Source of the DNA: Candidatus Parcubacteria bacterium
GTDB lineage: Bacteria > Patescibacteriota > Minisyncoccia > JACPXH01
Length of the DNA stretch: 64,000 nucleotides
Reading direction: 5' to 3'
Assembly: GCA_016196625.1 (NCBI GenBank)
Contig: JACPXH010000013.1
Location: 4,516-68,515, forward strand
This document shows, piece after piece, positions 53,809-63,807 of the stretch (positions within the stretch are counted from its first letter, which is position 1; every line of letters starts with the position of its first letter). Below the pieces are notes generated by a model that had not been told where the DNA came from, ran no database searches, and saw only the letters and a list, made by a program, of their open reading frames with translations. A program made the position numbers and the translations under genes.

Positions 53809-54950
53809 TACAGACGCCAGCGTTGGACGTCGAGGATGCTTACCGCCACAATAGCAAAAAGCAGTAGAGCGAGGCCAATGGAGTGCGCGAGCTGCTCGGC
53901 GCGGCGCGGTACTGGCGAGCCCTTCAGTTTTTCGATCAAGAGAAAGAGTAGCCGTCCGCCGTCAAGCGCCGGAATGGGCAGACTGTTGATGACGGCCAGG
54001 TTGACCGAAATGATTGCGGCCAGCCGCAGCAGGTACCCAAAGCCAAGCTGGCTTGCGTCTCGCACCACCGCGGCGATGCCGATGGGCCCGGCGAGTTCCG
54101 TGGGCACGCGACCCCGCGTAAAGAGTCGAGCCAGTATATCGAAGAGTGCGACTGCAAAATCACGGACGAGCGCAAAGGCGGTGGTCGCTCCTTGCCAGAG
54201 TGCGGCGGGCAAAGGCAGGCGCTCAACACCGGTTTTTTCCATGGCAATGCCAATAGCTCCCTCGCCGGCCGGGGGATTCACGCGGGGCGTGATGGCAAGG
54301 CTGGAGACGGCTTTACCGCGCACCAAGGTGAAGGTGACGGGTTCGCCCGCAAAACGCCCGATGAATGCTTGGACCTCACCGATTTCTTTTGGTTCGAGGA
54401 CTGCGTTGGCGTGCCGAAGTTCGACGATCGCGTCTCCCGCTTTGAACCCGGCCATGGCTGCAGGCGAGTTCGGAGCGACGAACGCAATTTGGATTTTGAT
54501 ATCGGTGAGCGCTTGGGGGTTGGTGGCTTTGCTGGCAGCAATCGGAGTTCCGGCTGCGAAACCGATCGTAAGCAGGATGATGGCGAGAGCCGTGTTCATA
54601 ACGACACCGGCGAGAATGGTGCGTACCCTCACCCACCACGTTTGGCTCGCAAAGCTGCGCGGATCGCGTTCGGCCACCCCGTCTTCGCCGAAGATTTTTA
54701 CGAACCCGCCAATGGGCAGCAGGTTGAACGAATAGATGGTGGTGGCCGCGGGGCGCCGTTTTGACCAAAACCCCGCTACGAGCTGCAGGCGGCCGGTGCC
54801 CGGGTGACGCTGCAGGCCGATGAGGCGCGGCGGCAAACCCAAGCCAAACTCTTCAATGCGAATTCCAGCCTGCCGGGCAGAAACAAAGTGGCCCAGTTCG
54901 TGGACAAAGACGAGAACGGTCAGGAGTACGATGAAGATAATGATTGTCAT
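53808..54950 (-). CDS. rseP: RIP metalloprotease RseP (site-2 protease, M50)
   Basis: HELGHFVSARQ (HExxH) in TM1, a PDZ segment and a C-terminal LDGG motif. Confidence 0.85.
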   Translation of the reverse strand: MTIIIFIVLLTVLVFVHELGHFVSARQAGIRIEEFGLGLPPRLIGLQRHPGTGRLQLVAGFWSKRRPAATTIYSFNLLPIGGFVKIFGEDGVAERDPRSFASQTWWVRVRTILAGVVMNTALAIILLTIGFAAGTPIAASKATNPQALTDIKIQIAFVAPNSPAAMAGFKAGDAIVELRHANAVLEPKEIGEVQAFIGRFAGEPVTFTLVRGKAVSSLAITPRVNPPAGEGAIGIAMEKTGVERLPLPAALWQGATTAFALVRDFAVALFDILARLFTRGRVPTELAGPIGIAAVVRDASQLGFGYLLRLAAIISVNLAVINSLPIPALDGGRLLFLLIEKLKGSPVPRRAEQLAHSIGLALLLFAIVAVSILDVQRWRL

Positions 54951-55510
54951 GTCCTCGTAATCTCTGCCTCTTTCTCCGCGCCCAGCTGCTCCAGGCGCTC
55001 TTGGCAGTGATCAATGATTTTTTGCAGCTCGGTTTTGCCACGGAACTTATCATCTTCGGAAATCTGTTTTTCTTTTTCGAGCGCCTGGATTTTCTTCCAG
55101 GTCTCCTCGCGGATGGTCCGAATTTTTACGCGTGTCTCCTCAAGGCGCTGATGGAGAGCCTTCAAGAGTTCTTTGCGCCGTTCCTCGGTGAGCGCCGGAA
55201 CTGTGAGCTTGATGGATGTTTTGTCGAGGACGGGCGCAAGGCCGCTCGCCTGCGTTGCCAGCGCGTGTTCAATCGCCGGAATGACCGTTGGATCCCACGG
55301 CGTGATCAAAAGCACTCGGGGCTCGGGCACACTGATCGAGGCCACGGCCTTGAGCGGCAATTTGCTGCCGTAGGTTTCAATCATAACGTTTTCCACGATG
55401 GCGGGCGTGGCCCGAGAGGTGCGCAGTGCCGCCAGCTGCTCTTTAAGATACGCCAAGGCCGCTTCGAGCGGCTGGGACAAGCTGTGGAGGGTTTCTTTCA
55501 GCATGGACAT
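54947..55510 (-). CDS. frr: Ribosome recycling factor
   Basis: 187-aa protein with the typical RRF pattern (IRVPLPPLTEERR-like PALTEERRKELLK, DKFRGKTELQK). Confidence 0.85.
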   Translation of the reverse strand: MSMLKETLHSLSQPLEAALAYLKEQLAALRTSRATPAIVENVMIETYGSKLPLKAVASISVPEPRVLLITPWDPTVIPAIEHALATQASGLAPVLDKTSIKLTVPALTEERRKELLKALHQRLEETRVKIRTIREETWKKIQALEKEKQISEDDKFRGKTELQKIIDHCQERLEQLGAEKEAEITRT

Positions 55511-55515
55511 GAACG

Positions 55516-56598
55516 TTATGAACCGAACAGGAGGCGTCCTTCGCCTCGGGCCAACCCCAAGAATATCGTTCCGCTGTGTATAGGATCAGCGATTAAGGCC
55601 ACGATCCTGCGGCTGGTGGGCAGACGCACACTCTGCCAAGTCAGGCCCCCGTCATTGGATTTGAAGACGAAATTGCCTCCCCCGGCGTAGATGGTTTGAG
55701 GATCCGACATGGGCAGGGCGACTGCCGTTATGGGGAGCGCTTGAGGCGGGACAATAAGATTGAAGTAAGACCACGTGTTGCCACTATCGGTCGAACGCTT
55801 GAGCCCCTGGTTTGTGCCGGCGTAGATCGTGCCCGGCCGATTCGGATCGAACTCAAACGATCGTATCGCGCCCCCCAGTTTTGCCGACATATCCTCCCAG
55901 GTGTTGCCCCTATCCTTGCTGCGCAAAAGCCCCGACGATTTCAGCGCGATCCAGATTGTCCCGTCAGGAGCAAGCCGTAACAGCCCGACTTGAGCGCCAA
56001 ACCACCGGAGCGCTCGCCAGGTTGTGCCCCGGTTTTCAGAGACGAGTGTGCCGCCGTCGCTTGTGCCGATGTATATTCTCTCTGGTCTTGACGGGTCGAC
56101 GACGACCCCAACGATGGTGGCGTTCGTCCGGGCCGGTATAAAGACGGTTTCAAACGTTGCGCCGCCGTCAGTGGTGCGCTCAAGTTCGCCCCCGCGCTCA
56201 AGTCGCGCGCCCACATAAAAAAGCGCGGGGTTCACCGGATCTAGAGCCAGAGCCGTAATTTCGGTTCGGTTGGTGAGCGCTTGACCGGAGACTACTGGAG
56301 TCCACTCTTCGGCGCTCGAGGTGCTGCGCCAGAGGCCATGGCCGAGGGTACCAAGGTAGATCGTCTGGGGCAATTTCGGAAAAATTGCCAAGTGTGTTGC
56401 CTCAACCCCGGCGAGACTCCCTCCGCCGGCAACTTTTACCTTCTGAACCCAGGTCGCGCCGCGGTCTACGGTTTGAAACACTCCCCCGTCTCGGCCGCTC
56501 CCCGTGCCCAACCCGGCGCCGAAAAAGATCGCGCTCCCCACGCCGAGTGCGAGGATGATGAGCACGACGAAAGCAAGGATGACCAGCGCTTGTTTCAT
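55516..56598 (-). CDS. BNR/Asp-box repeat (Ycf48/sialidase-like beta-propeller) protein with an N-terminal TM
   Basis: Repeated S/TxDxGxTW motifs (TDGGATF, STDSGNTWS, SNDGGLTWQ, VDRGATW). Confidence 0.55.
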   Translation of the reverse strand: MKQALVILAFVVLIILALGVGSAIFFGAGLGTGSGRDGGVFQTVDRGATWVQKVKVAGGGSLAGVEATHLAIFPKLPQTIYLGTLGHGLWRSTSSAEEWTPVVSGQALTNRTEITALALDPVNPALFYVGARLERGGELERTTDGGATFETVFIPARTNATIVGVVVDPSRPERIYIGTSDGGTLVSENRGTTWRALRWFGAQVGLLRLAPDGTIWIALKSSGLLRSKDRGNTWEDMSAKLGGAIRSFEFDPNRPGTIYAGTNQGLKRSTDSGNTWSYFNLIVPPQALPITAVALPMSDPQTIYAGGGNFVFKSNDGGLTWQSVRLPTSRRIVALIADPIHSGTIFLGLARGEGRLLFGS

Positions 56599-57524
56599 GA
56601 GAGGACGAGGGCTAGCGTATCGGCCGCCAATTTCGTGTTGAGGGCGCTATCCCGAAGGCGCTCGCGTAACGTATCAACGGCGCCCATCTGGCTCGCTAGG
56701 CGGAGCGAGAGGTTGGCGGGGGCGCCCTCGATGCTTTCCAACAGGGTAGTCCGGAGCGCGATCACAAGCGTATCCATGAACGCGCGAATTTCTTCGGGGC
56801 GGCCTTCGAAGATAGCGGCAAGCCGGCGGTGGCGTTTAACAAAGGTTGGGGCGTTGAGCGTCTCAAATGCGGCGCGAAGCGGATCTAAATTCCGGCTGCG
56901 CCACCACTTGAGCGCCAGCCCGACCCGGCCCGCAGCAAGACCCGAGAGTTCCCGGGCCTCGCGGACGCCCGCACCCTCTTGGACGAGCGCCGCTTCAATC
57001 AGTTTTGACGGCACCGGGTTTACCGGAATAGTAGTGAGCCGGGATTGCACGGTCTCTGGAAGCTTTGCGGGTTCATGGCAGACCATTAGAATTAGCGCCC
57101 CGCGGGGAGGCTCTTCCAGTGTTTTAAGCAACATGTTGGCTGCCTCGTTCGTCAGGCGTTCGCCATCGTCCACGATTACCACCCGCTGGCTACCGGAGAG
57201 TGAACTTAAAGCCAGGAAGCGGCGGACGCTGCGCGCTAAGGCAATCCCGATTTCCGGAAGTTTTTTTGTACTCGTATCCGCGTGCGCATCTAAGCCGGCT
57301 GAAATTTCAAGCAGGTCATCGGTCGCCCCAAGACAGCTCGGGCACTGTTTACAGGAATCTCTGCCAAGATCACCTTTTTGGCAGAGCACCCTGCGGGCAA
57401 GCTCGCGCGCCACAGTGGCTTTGCCGATATGCTGCGGGCCAACAAAAAGGTAGCCGTGTCCCAGACGATTGTGCCGGTGGCTATGGCTGAACCACTTGAA
57501 TACTGTTTCGTGCCCGACAATCAT
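56595..57524 (-). CDS. holB: DNA polymerase III delta' subunit
   Basis: AAA+-like N-terminus (HGYLFVGPQHIGKATVAREL), a zinc module (CKQCPSC) and a VVIVDD box. Confidence 0.7.
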   Translation of the reverse strand: MIVGHETVFKWFSHSHRHNRLGHGYLFVGPQHIGKATVARELARRVLCQKGDLGRDSCKQCPSCLGATDDLLEISAGLDAHADTSTKKLPEIGIALARSVRRFLALSSLSGSQRVVIVDDGERLTNEAANMLLKTLEEPPRGALILMVCHEPAKLPETVQSRLTTIPVNPVPSKLIEAALVQEGAGVREARELSGLAAGRVGLALKWWRSRNLDPLRAAFETLNAPTFVKRHRRLAAIFEGRPEEIRAFMDTLVIALRTTLLESIEGAPANLSLRLASQMGAVDTLRERLRDSALNTKLAADTLALVLS

Positions 57525-57719
57525 TCTCCTAATATAGTGAGTTTATCTGTAAGAAAGGCGAGCGTTGTTTATGTATCAAGCAGGGCGGGCTCGGAGCGGC
57601 ATCTGAGGCCAAGCGGGGTGCGGAGCGAACTGCTTCGCTCCGCACGGGCGTTGCCGGTTGAGCGTGTCCCGAGTTGCAGCGAGGGACGCGAGACCGAGAA
57701 CGCAACGCCCCGGGCATTC

Positions 57720-58733
57720 CTAAGGGCGAGCGAGGCGGGATCGGTTGTGCTCAAGTCGGCGCAAACCGGCCAGCAGCACCTCCGGACTTGGATCGTCGAA
57801 GAATTCGCCCGTTACGCCCTCGCGGACGGTTTCGGTTGCGCCACCGGCACGCAACGCCAGCACGGGAGAGCCTGTCAGCATCGCTTCCACCGCGGCCATA
57901 CCAAAATCCTCGGCCGCAGGCAGGACAAAGGTGCGAGCGTGTTGGAGCAGATACGCCACAACGTGATCCGGCTGCCAGCCGAGAAAGCGGATGGTCGGGC
58001 CGGCCAGTTTTTTTAGATGAGCGAGTGCCGGCCCCTCGCCTACAACCGTAAGGCGTCTACGAATCCTGGTGTAGGCCGAGACTGCGATGTCAATCCGCTT
58101 GAAATGCCTGAGTGGGGAGACGATGAGGTCGTAATGAGACGGAATGACGAATGACGATGGCCGAGGATCGTGTGCCGCTCCGAGCTGGCGGACGGGTGGG
58201 TAGATGATCGGCGCGTGGCGGCGGTAGTACTTGGCGATGCGCGCTTGTGTGGTCTTGGAGTTCGCAATGAGCAGCTCCGGACGTTGAGCAGCCTGGAAGT
58301 CCCAAAGACGGAGGTAATGAAAGATGACCCGTGCTGCCTTGGCGCGAACGCCGGTAACGCCCCGCTCAAGCAAATACTCATGGGTCCAATCCCATAAATA
58401 CCGCACCGGAGAATGGACGTAGCTTACGTGCCGGACTCCGGGTTTGGTGATGAGTCCTTTCATGAAGCCGGCCGAAGAGACAACCAGTTCTGCTTCCGGA
58501 AGCACGATGCTTTCTACGGCCGTGGGGATGAGCGGCGCTTGGAGTATGGCGGGTACGTTCTGCAGCCAAGAGGTATAAACCCGCGCCCGCGGGAAGTGCT
58601 CAACTAAGATGCGTGGGTCTGCGGCCAGCGTGTAAATTGGCGCTTCTGGCAAGCGCTCGTGGAGGACTTGGAGCACCCGCTCGGCACCGCCAAAGCGGTT
58701 GAGAAAGTCGTGAGCGAGGACGATGCGAAGCAC
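57720..58733 (-). CDS. Glycosyltransferase family 4
   Basis: GT-B pattern with C-terminal SAGFMKG / EDFGMAAVEAMLTGSPVLA. Confidence 0.7.
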   Translation of the reverse strand: MLRIVLAHDFLNRFGGAERVLQVLHERLPEAPIYTLAADPRILVEHFPRARVYTSWLQNVPAILQAPLIPTAVESIVLPEAELVVSSAGFMKGLITKPGVRHVSYVHSPVRYLWDWTHEYLLERGVTGVRAKAARVIFHYLRLWDFQAAQRPELLIANSKTTQARIAKYYRRHAPIIYPPVRQLGAAHDPRPSSFVIPSHYDLIVSPLRHFKRIDIAVSAYTRIRRRLTVVGEGPALAHLKKLAGPTIRFLGWQPDHVVAYLLQHARTFVLPAAEDFGMAAVEAMLTGSPVLALRAGGATETVREGVTGEFFDDPSPEVLLAGLRRLEHNRSRLARP

Positions 58734-58745
58734 GGAGGCGAGTAG

Positions 58746-59840
58746 TTAGTAGTTAGTAGTTAGGGGCTGGTGCGCCGTAATGGCGGCGAGGGTTTCTGTG
58801 GCGGTCTTCTCCCACGAGAAGCGTTGGGCGCTGCGCCGGCTTCCTTCAACCAATATGGCGCGGAGCTGCGGGTTACGCGTGACTTCAACCAGCGCACCGG
58901 CGAGGTCCGCATCGTCCCCCGCACGCGCCCATCGAATGCCGCTGTCCGCGATCTCTCGAAACACGGGGATGTCTGCCGCGATGACGGGTGTTCCGACTGC
59001 CTGCGCCTCAATCAAGGGAATCCCAAAACCTTCGGCGTGCGACGGAAAGACCAATGCCCGGGCCCCTCTGAGCAGCGCCCACTTTGTGTCTTCAGGCACG
59101 TAGCCGGTGAAAACGATTGAGTCGGTTGCTGGAAGCTTGCGGGCAAGCGCGATGAGGCGAGCAGTATCATGACCCCAGGGACCCGCAATGACAAGCTGGT
59201 GCCTAGTGCGGTGCTCCACGGCAGCTTGGTTGAACGCCCGGATGAGACCGTCCACGTTTTTCTTAAAACCCACGCGGCCCAGAAACAGGAAAAAAGGCTT
59301 TTGGACTCCTGCGGGGAGTTCGCTTCCGATCGGTGAAGGCACCGAGACACCGTGATGGATCACGATCGCTCGACCAGCCGGAAACCCGTAGTGGCGTTCG
59401 AGCGCTCCCGCAGTCGCTTGGGAAACCGCAAGCACGACGCGGGCCTTTTTGAGCGAGAGCGCAGTTAGACGATCAAGATAGATGCGCTGCCAGAAGGGAT
59501 AGTGCTCTGGGTACTCTTTGAACTCGCAGCCGTGAATCGTAACCGCAACCGGACCGGCATAGGCAAGCGGCGGGAATTGGCTCGGGAAGAACATAATGTC
59601 CGGCCGGTCGCGCCAGAGCGAGAAAGGCAGGCGCCCCTGCGTCCAGAGAAACGGCGCCCGGAGTTGGCGGAACGTAAACGAAGGCGGCAGGTTGAAATCT
59701 AGAGGTGTGTGGCTATAGACGAGAAACGTATGCTCTGGCGGCTGATTGGTCGCCCAAGCCCGCAAGAGCTGATATGTGTACTCGCCCACCCCGGTTCGTT
59801 CTGGATTTACCGCCGCGACGGCGTGGATGCCAATGCGCAT
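58746..59840 (-). CDS. Glycosyltransferase family 4
   Basis: FPSHAEGFGIPLIEAQAVGTPVIAADIPVFREI. Confidence 0.8.
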   Translation of the reverse strand: MRIGIHAVAAVNPERTGVGEYTYQLLRAWATNQPPEHTFLVYSHTPLDFNLPPSFTFRQLRAPFLWTQGRLPFSLWRDRPDIMFFPSQFPPLAYAGPVAVTIHGCEFKEYPEHYPFWQRIYLDRLTALSLKKARVVLAVSQATAGALERHYGFPAGRAIVIHHGVSVPSPIGSELPAGVQKPFFLFLGRVGFKKNVDGLIRAFNQAAVEHRTRHQLVIAGPWGHDTARLIALARKLPATDSIVFTGYVPEDTKWALLRGARALVFPSHAEGFGIPLIEAQAVGTPVIAADIPVFREIADSGIRWARAGDDADLAGALVEVTRNPQLRAILVEGSRRSAQRFSWEKTATETLAAITAHQPLTTNY

Positions 59841-59932
59841 AAGTTTGAAACTTATCGTACCGGCTGCACACGTCGCTGCCGAGTACGATGCAAAAGTTTG
59901 CGTTCTTGAGGCACGCTGCTTCCGGATAGCGG

Positions 59933-60964
59933 CTATGAGCGCCTCAGCATGATGCTGCGTTTATAGATGTCGAGGTGCTCGAGCGCCACTCCGGTGCCGC
60001 GCGCCACGCACAAAAGCGGATCTTTGGCGATCGTCGCCGGCACGCTGGTCGCTTCGGAAATGAACGTATCAATGTTGCGAAGCAATGCGCCTCCGCCTGA
60101 AAGCACCATGCCTCTATCCATAATGTCGGCCGCAAGTTCCGGCGGAGTTTCTTGAAGCACTTTCTTGACCGTCTGGATGATCTCTCGAAGTTGATCCGTC
60201 ATCGCCGCGGTAACCTCGTTCGTCGAGATTTCAACGATTTTGGGCAGGCCTTGGGCCAAATCCCGGCCCCGGACTTCAAGCCACTCTTGCTCTTTGACCG
60301 GGGTGGCCGAGCCGATCGCCATTTTAATCTCTTCAGCCGTGCGCTCGCCGATAACAAGTCCTTTCTTTTTCTTTACCTCTTCCATGATGGCTTGGTCTAT
60401 CTTGTCTCCGCCCACCCGCGCCGAAGCCGAAGCCACAATGCCGCCGAGCGAAATAACCGCGACTTCAGTGGTGCCTCCGCCGATATCCACGATCATGTGT
60501 CCGGCCGGAGTGTTGACCGGTATGCCGGCGCCGATTGCGGCCACGATAGGTTCTTTCACGATGTAGGTAGCTCGCGCTCCGGCTTGCGTTGCCGCATCAA
60601 CCACTGCGCGCCGCTCGGTTGAAGTAATCCCGGCCGGTACCGCCACCATGACTTCCGGCCTAAACAGCCGCAAACGCCCGCCAGCTTTGTTGATGAGATA
60701 ACGGAGCATTGCTTCGGTTACGCGGTAGTCGGCAATTACGCCGTCTCGGAGGGGCTTCGCTGCGATAATGCCAGCCGGAGTGCGACCCAGCATGTTTTTG
60801 GCCTCGAGCCCCACGGCCAGCACTCGGTTGTCGTCAACCGAGATCGCGACAATTGAGGGTTCATTGATGACCACGCCGCGACCCGGCACGTAGACAAGCG
60901 TGTTGGCTGTTCCGAGGTCAATGCCGAGGCGGCGGGAAAACATGGACTGAAATCCAAATTTCAA
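59933..60964 (-). CDS. Second MreB/Mbl-like actin homolog
   Basis: GIDLGTANTLVYVPGRGVV... Paralog of the 48379-49437 gene at about 60% identity by eye. TTG start lies inside a heptad repeat. Confidence 0.8.
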   Translation of the reverse strand: MKFGFQSMFSRRLGIDLGTANTLVYVPGRGVVINEPSIVAISVDDNRVLAVGLEAKNMLGRTPAGIIAAKPLRDGVIADYRVTEAMLRYLINKAGGRLRLFRPEVMVAVPAGITSTERRAVVDAATQAGARATYIVKEPIVAAIGAGIPVNTPAGHMIVDIGGGTTEVAVISLGGIVASASARVGGDKIDQAIMEEVKKKKGLVIGERTAEEIKMAIGSATPVKEQEWLEVRGRDLAQGLPKIVEISTNEVTAAMTDQLREIIQTVKKVLQETPPELAADIMDRGMVLSGGGALLRNIDTFISEATSVPATIAKDPLLCVARGTGVALEHLDIYKRSIMLRRS

Positions 60965-61124
60965 AGCTCAAATTTCAAATCAAGTTCAAAATGACGCCGC
61001 GCGTCATCCTGAGCGCAGCGAAGGATCTCGAGATCCCTCGGTCGCTCCGCTCCCTCGGGATGACAACCGAGTTGTCACTTTGAGCTTTGGATTTAATTTG
61101 TCATTTGGATTTTGACATTAGACA
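60965..61124. repeat. AT-rich heptad leader interrupted by an about 75-bp GC-rich inverted-repeat-bounded insert (60996-61070: GTCATCC...GGATCTCGAGATCC...GGATGAC)
   Basis: Heptads TTTCAAA/CTCAAAT on both flanks. Internal palindrome GGATCTCGAGATCC and terminal inverted repeats GTCATCC/GGATGAC. Confidence 0.5.
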
Positions 61125-62399
61125 TTACACTTCTAACCGCTGGATATCTGCGCCAACAGCCTGTAAACGTTCTTCCAGTCGCTCGTAGCCCCGATCCAAG
61201 TGCTCAATGTCTTTGATGATTGACTGTCCTTGCGCCACCAAAGCCGCAATCACAAGTACCATGCCCGAACGGATATCAAAACTGGTAATTTCGCGGCCAG
61301 TCAGCGCCGTGGGGCCAACCACCATGGCGCGATGCGGGTCAAGAACCGTGGCGTTCGCGCCCAGACGCTGAAGCTCTTCAATGTAGCGCAGGCGCCCTTC
61401 ATACATCCACTCATGCAGGAGTGTGGCGCCGTCAGCTTGAGTCGCCAGAACCGCAAACGGCGGCAGATGATCCGAGCCGAGTTTCGGATAGAGCCCCACC
61501 TGAAGTTTTACCGCACGGTAGGGGCCCCGGTGGGTTAATATCCGAAGCACGCTCTCCTTTTTCCCGCTTTCTACTCGATACCGAACATCCATCGCTCGCA
61601 GAGCCGCCAACACGCTATCGAGACGTTCATCCAAAATTGGCCCCACCGTTACGGAGCTGCGGGTCGCGGCCGCCAACACCGCGAATGCGCTTACTTCGAG
61701 TTCATCGGGTTCAAGGCGGCAGCGAAAGCCGCGCAAAGAGCGCGCCGGTCTGAGGCGAATAAACGGCGTGCCGACTCCCTCCAGCTTGACCCCCATCTGC
61801 CCGAGAACTCCGCAGAGCGCCTGGACGTGAGGTTCCATGGCCGCCAAACGTATTTCACTGCTGCCATCGGCCAAGGCCGCCGCAAGCAGTGCGTTCTCTG
61901 TGCCAGTTACACTGGTTTCCGTCAACACCACGCGACCGCCGGAGAGCCGCGACTTACTCGAAATCTTCATCTCGCTGCCCTCCGAAACTCGCGCCCCGAG
62001 TGCCTGAAATGCGTCCAGATGCACGTGGACGGGTCGCGGCCCGATCAAATCGCCACCCGGGTACGGCATCCGAACATTTCCACACCGAGCGAGCAGCGCA
62101 CCGGCAATGACAATGCTGCCTCTAAGCCGGCCGACCAATTCGGCCCTCAAACCAGCCGGATCAACCGATTTGGCCTCAACCTCCACGGCATCTTCTGTCA
62201 GCCAGCGCACCTTCGCACCAACCCCCGCCATAATCTCAAGCATGCGGCGCACATCGGAGATGCGCGGCAGATTGGTAATCCGGCAGGCGGATTTCGTGAG
62301 CAGTGTTGCTGCCAGCACCGGGAAGGCGGCGTTTTTGGAACCCTGCACCCGGATTCGCCCGACCAGAGGCTTGGCGCCTTGAATGCGGTAGCTGGGCAT
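61125..62399 (-). CDS. murA: UDP-N-acetylglucosamine 1-carboxyvinyltransferase
   Basis: EPSP-synthase-fold pattern (e.g. GGDLIGPRPVHVHLDAF). 424 aa. Confidence 0.85.
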   Translation of the reverse strand: MPSYRIQGAKPLVGRIRVQGSKNAAFPVLAATLLTKSACRITNLPRISDVRRMLEIMAGVGAKVRWLTEDAVEVEAKSVDPAGLRAELVGRLRGSIVIAGALLARCGNVRMPYPGGDLIGPRPVHVHLDAFQALGARVSEGSEMKISSKSRLSGGRVVLTETSVTGTENALLAAALADGSSEIRLAAMEPHVQALCGVLGQMGVKLEGVGTPFIRLRPARSLRGFRCRLEPDELEVSAFAVLAAATRSSVTVGPILDERLDSVLAALRAMDVRYRVESGKKESVLRILTHRGPYRAVKLQVGLYPKLGSDHLPPFAVLATQADGATLLHEWMYEGRLRYIEELQRLGANATVLDPHRAMVVGPTALTGREITSFDIRSGMVLVIAALVAQGQSIIKDIEHLDRGYERLEERLQAVGADIQRLEV

Positions 62400-62468
62400 T
62401 GTTGCCTAATCGTACGGTGGGCATGCACCGTTGGCAAGTTCATGAGAACGTGCCTACAATAACCTAGT

Positions 62469-63725
62469 ATGAAGCTTGCCACACGCCGGTTTCTCTTTTG
62501 GCTCTCAATTGGCTTTTTTGTCGTGTTGGCACCCCTAGTTATCGGCTACGCTATCGGCTATCGGTTTGATTTTTCCGAGGGCGGCTTGGTGCGCACCGGC
62601 GCGCTTTTCGTGGAGGCGGAGCCGAAGAGGGTAGAAATCATCATTGATGGCAAACCGACCAAGCGCACGGGGACTATAATCACCAATTCAACTTTCGTGC
62701 GTGATCTTGCTCCCGGGCGCCACCGCGTGCGGCTTGAAAAAGAAAGCTACCAGCCATGGGAGAAAGAACTCGAAATCCGCCCCGCGGTCGTGACCGAAGT
62801 GCGAGGCGCGCGTCTCTGGCCGGCCGGGCGCGCGCCGGAAAATGTCGCGGTCCTCGGCCAGATTGACCCCGGGACGCTAAGACCATCGCCTGACGGTCGC
62901 GCGCTAGTTTGGGCGAGCACTTCCGGTCGAGTGCGAACGTGGCTTAAAAAAGACCTGCCTGATGGCCAAGTCGGTATCCTTGACTTTGCCACTCTCTTCG
63001 GGCTCAACAGCCGGAGCGCGGCAACTTTTGCTAGTGCCGCGACTGTTGATTGGTCTGCGGACTCGCAGTATCTCGTGGTGCGCCGAGGTGCGGACTGGTG
63101 GCGCTTGAGCCTGGATATCCGACGCGTCGAACGGCTGCCCCGACTTAACGGTCCGGGGTTGGTGCTTACCCCAGACACAGCGCTCACGATTGACGAACTC
63201 GGAATCCTGAACGCGTTCAGCCTACCCAACCAGAACATTGAAGCCATTGCGACGGCGGCGATAAATCCGATCCCGACCCCGGCCGATCGGCTCATCGCGC
63301 TCGACCGCGACCACGTGCTACTCCTCGATCACACCGGCACGTTACGCTGGTTCAACCCGAAAAGTCAGCTCTTCGAAGGGCTGGCCACCCGCGTGCGCGA
63401 CTCGGTTTTTTCGCCGGATCGCACAAAAATTCTTTGGCGGACCGCCACAGAGCTGTGGGTGCGCTCGCTTACCCCCGAAGGGCAGAGCGAGCTGGTTACG
63501 CGCTTATCAAGCCCGCTTGCGCAAGCGCTCTGGGCGGATCGGCAAAGCGCCCACATACTTTTTAGCACGGGCGATGCGGTGAAGGCGATCGAGTTGGACG
63601 CTCGCAGCGGCCGCAACAGCGCCGACCTTATATCGGTCAATGCTCCGACTGTCTTTCTGGGTTCAGGGGGGGAAAGTCTTTTGATTATTACTGCAGGGTC
63701 GCTGAAACGACTTTCGCTCCGGTGA
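62469..63725 (+). CDS. Membrane-anchored PEGA-domain protein with a C-terminal beta-rich domain
   Basis: N-terminal TM then a PEGA pattern (IIIDGKPTKRTGTII...LAPGRHRVRLEKESYQPWEKELEI). Confidence 0.55.
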   Translation: MKLATRRFLFWLSIGFFVVLAPLVIGYAIGYRFDFSEGGLVRTGALFVEAEPKRVEIIIDGKPTKRTGTIITNSTFVRDLAPGRHRVRLEKESYQPWEKELEIRPAVVTEVRGARLWPAGRAPENVAVLGQIDPGTLRPSPDGRALVWASTSGRVRTWLKKDLPDGQVGILDFATLFGLNSRSAATFASAATVDWSADSQYLVVRRGADWWRLSLDIRRVERLPRLNGPGLVLTPDTALTIDELGILNAFSLPNQNIEAIATAAINPIPTPADRLIALDRDHVLLLDHTGTLRWFNPKSQLFEGLATRVRDSVFSPDRTKILWRTATELWVRSLTPEGQSELVTRLSSPLAQALWADRQSAHILFSTGDAVKAIELDARSGRNSADLISVNAPTVFLGSGGESLLIITAGSLKRLSLR

Positions 63726-63768
63726 AGCTCCACGGGCAGAGCCCGTGGCCCTCGGCGACGGCGGGTAG
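63723..63768. repeat. REP-like element TGAAGCTCCACGGGCagaGCCCGTGGCCCTCGGCGACGGCGGGTAG
   Basis: Near-identical to 10041-10086. Confidence 0.55.
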
Positions 63769-63807
63769 ACGCCAAGAGCGCCCGGTGCCTGAAGCGCCGG
63801 CCGCTCT

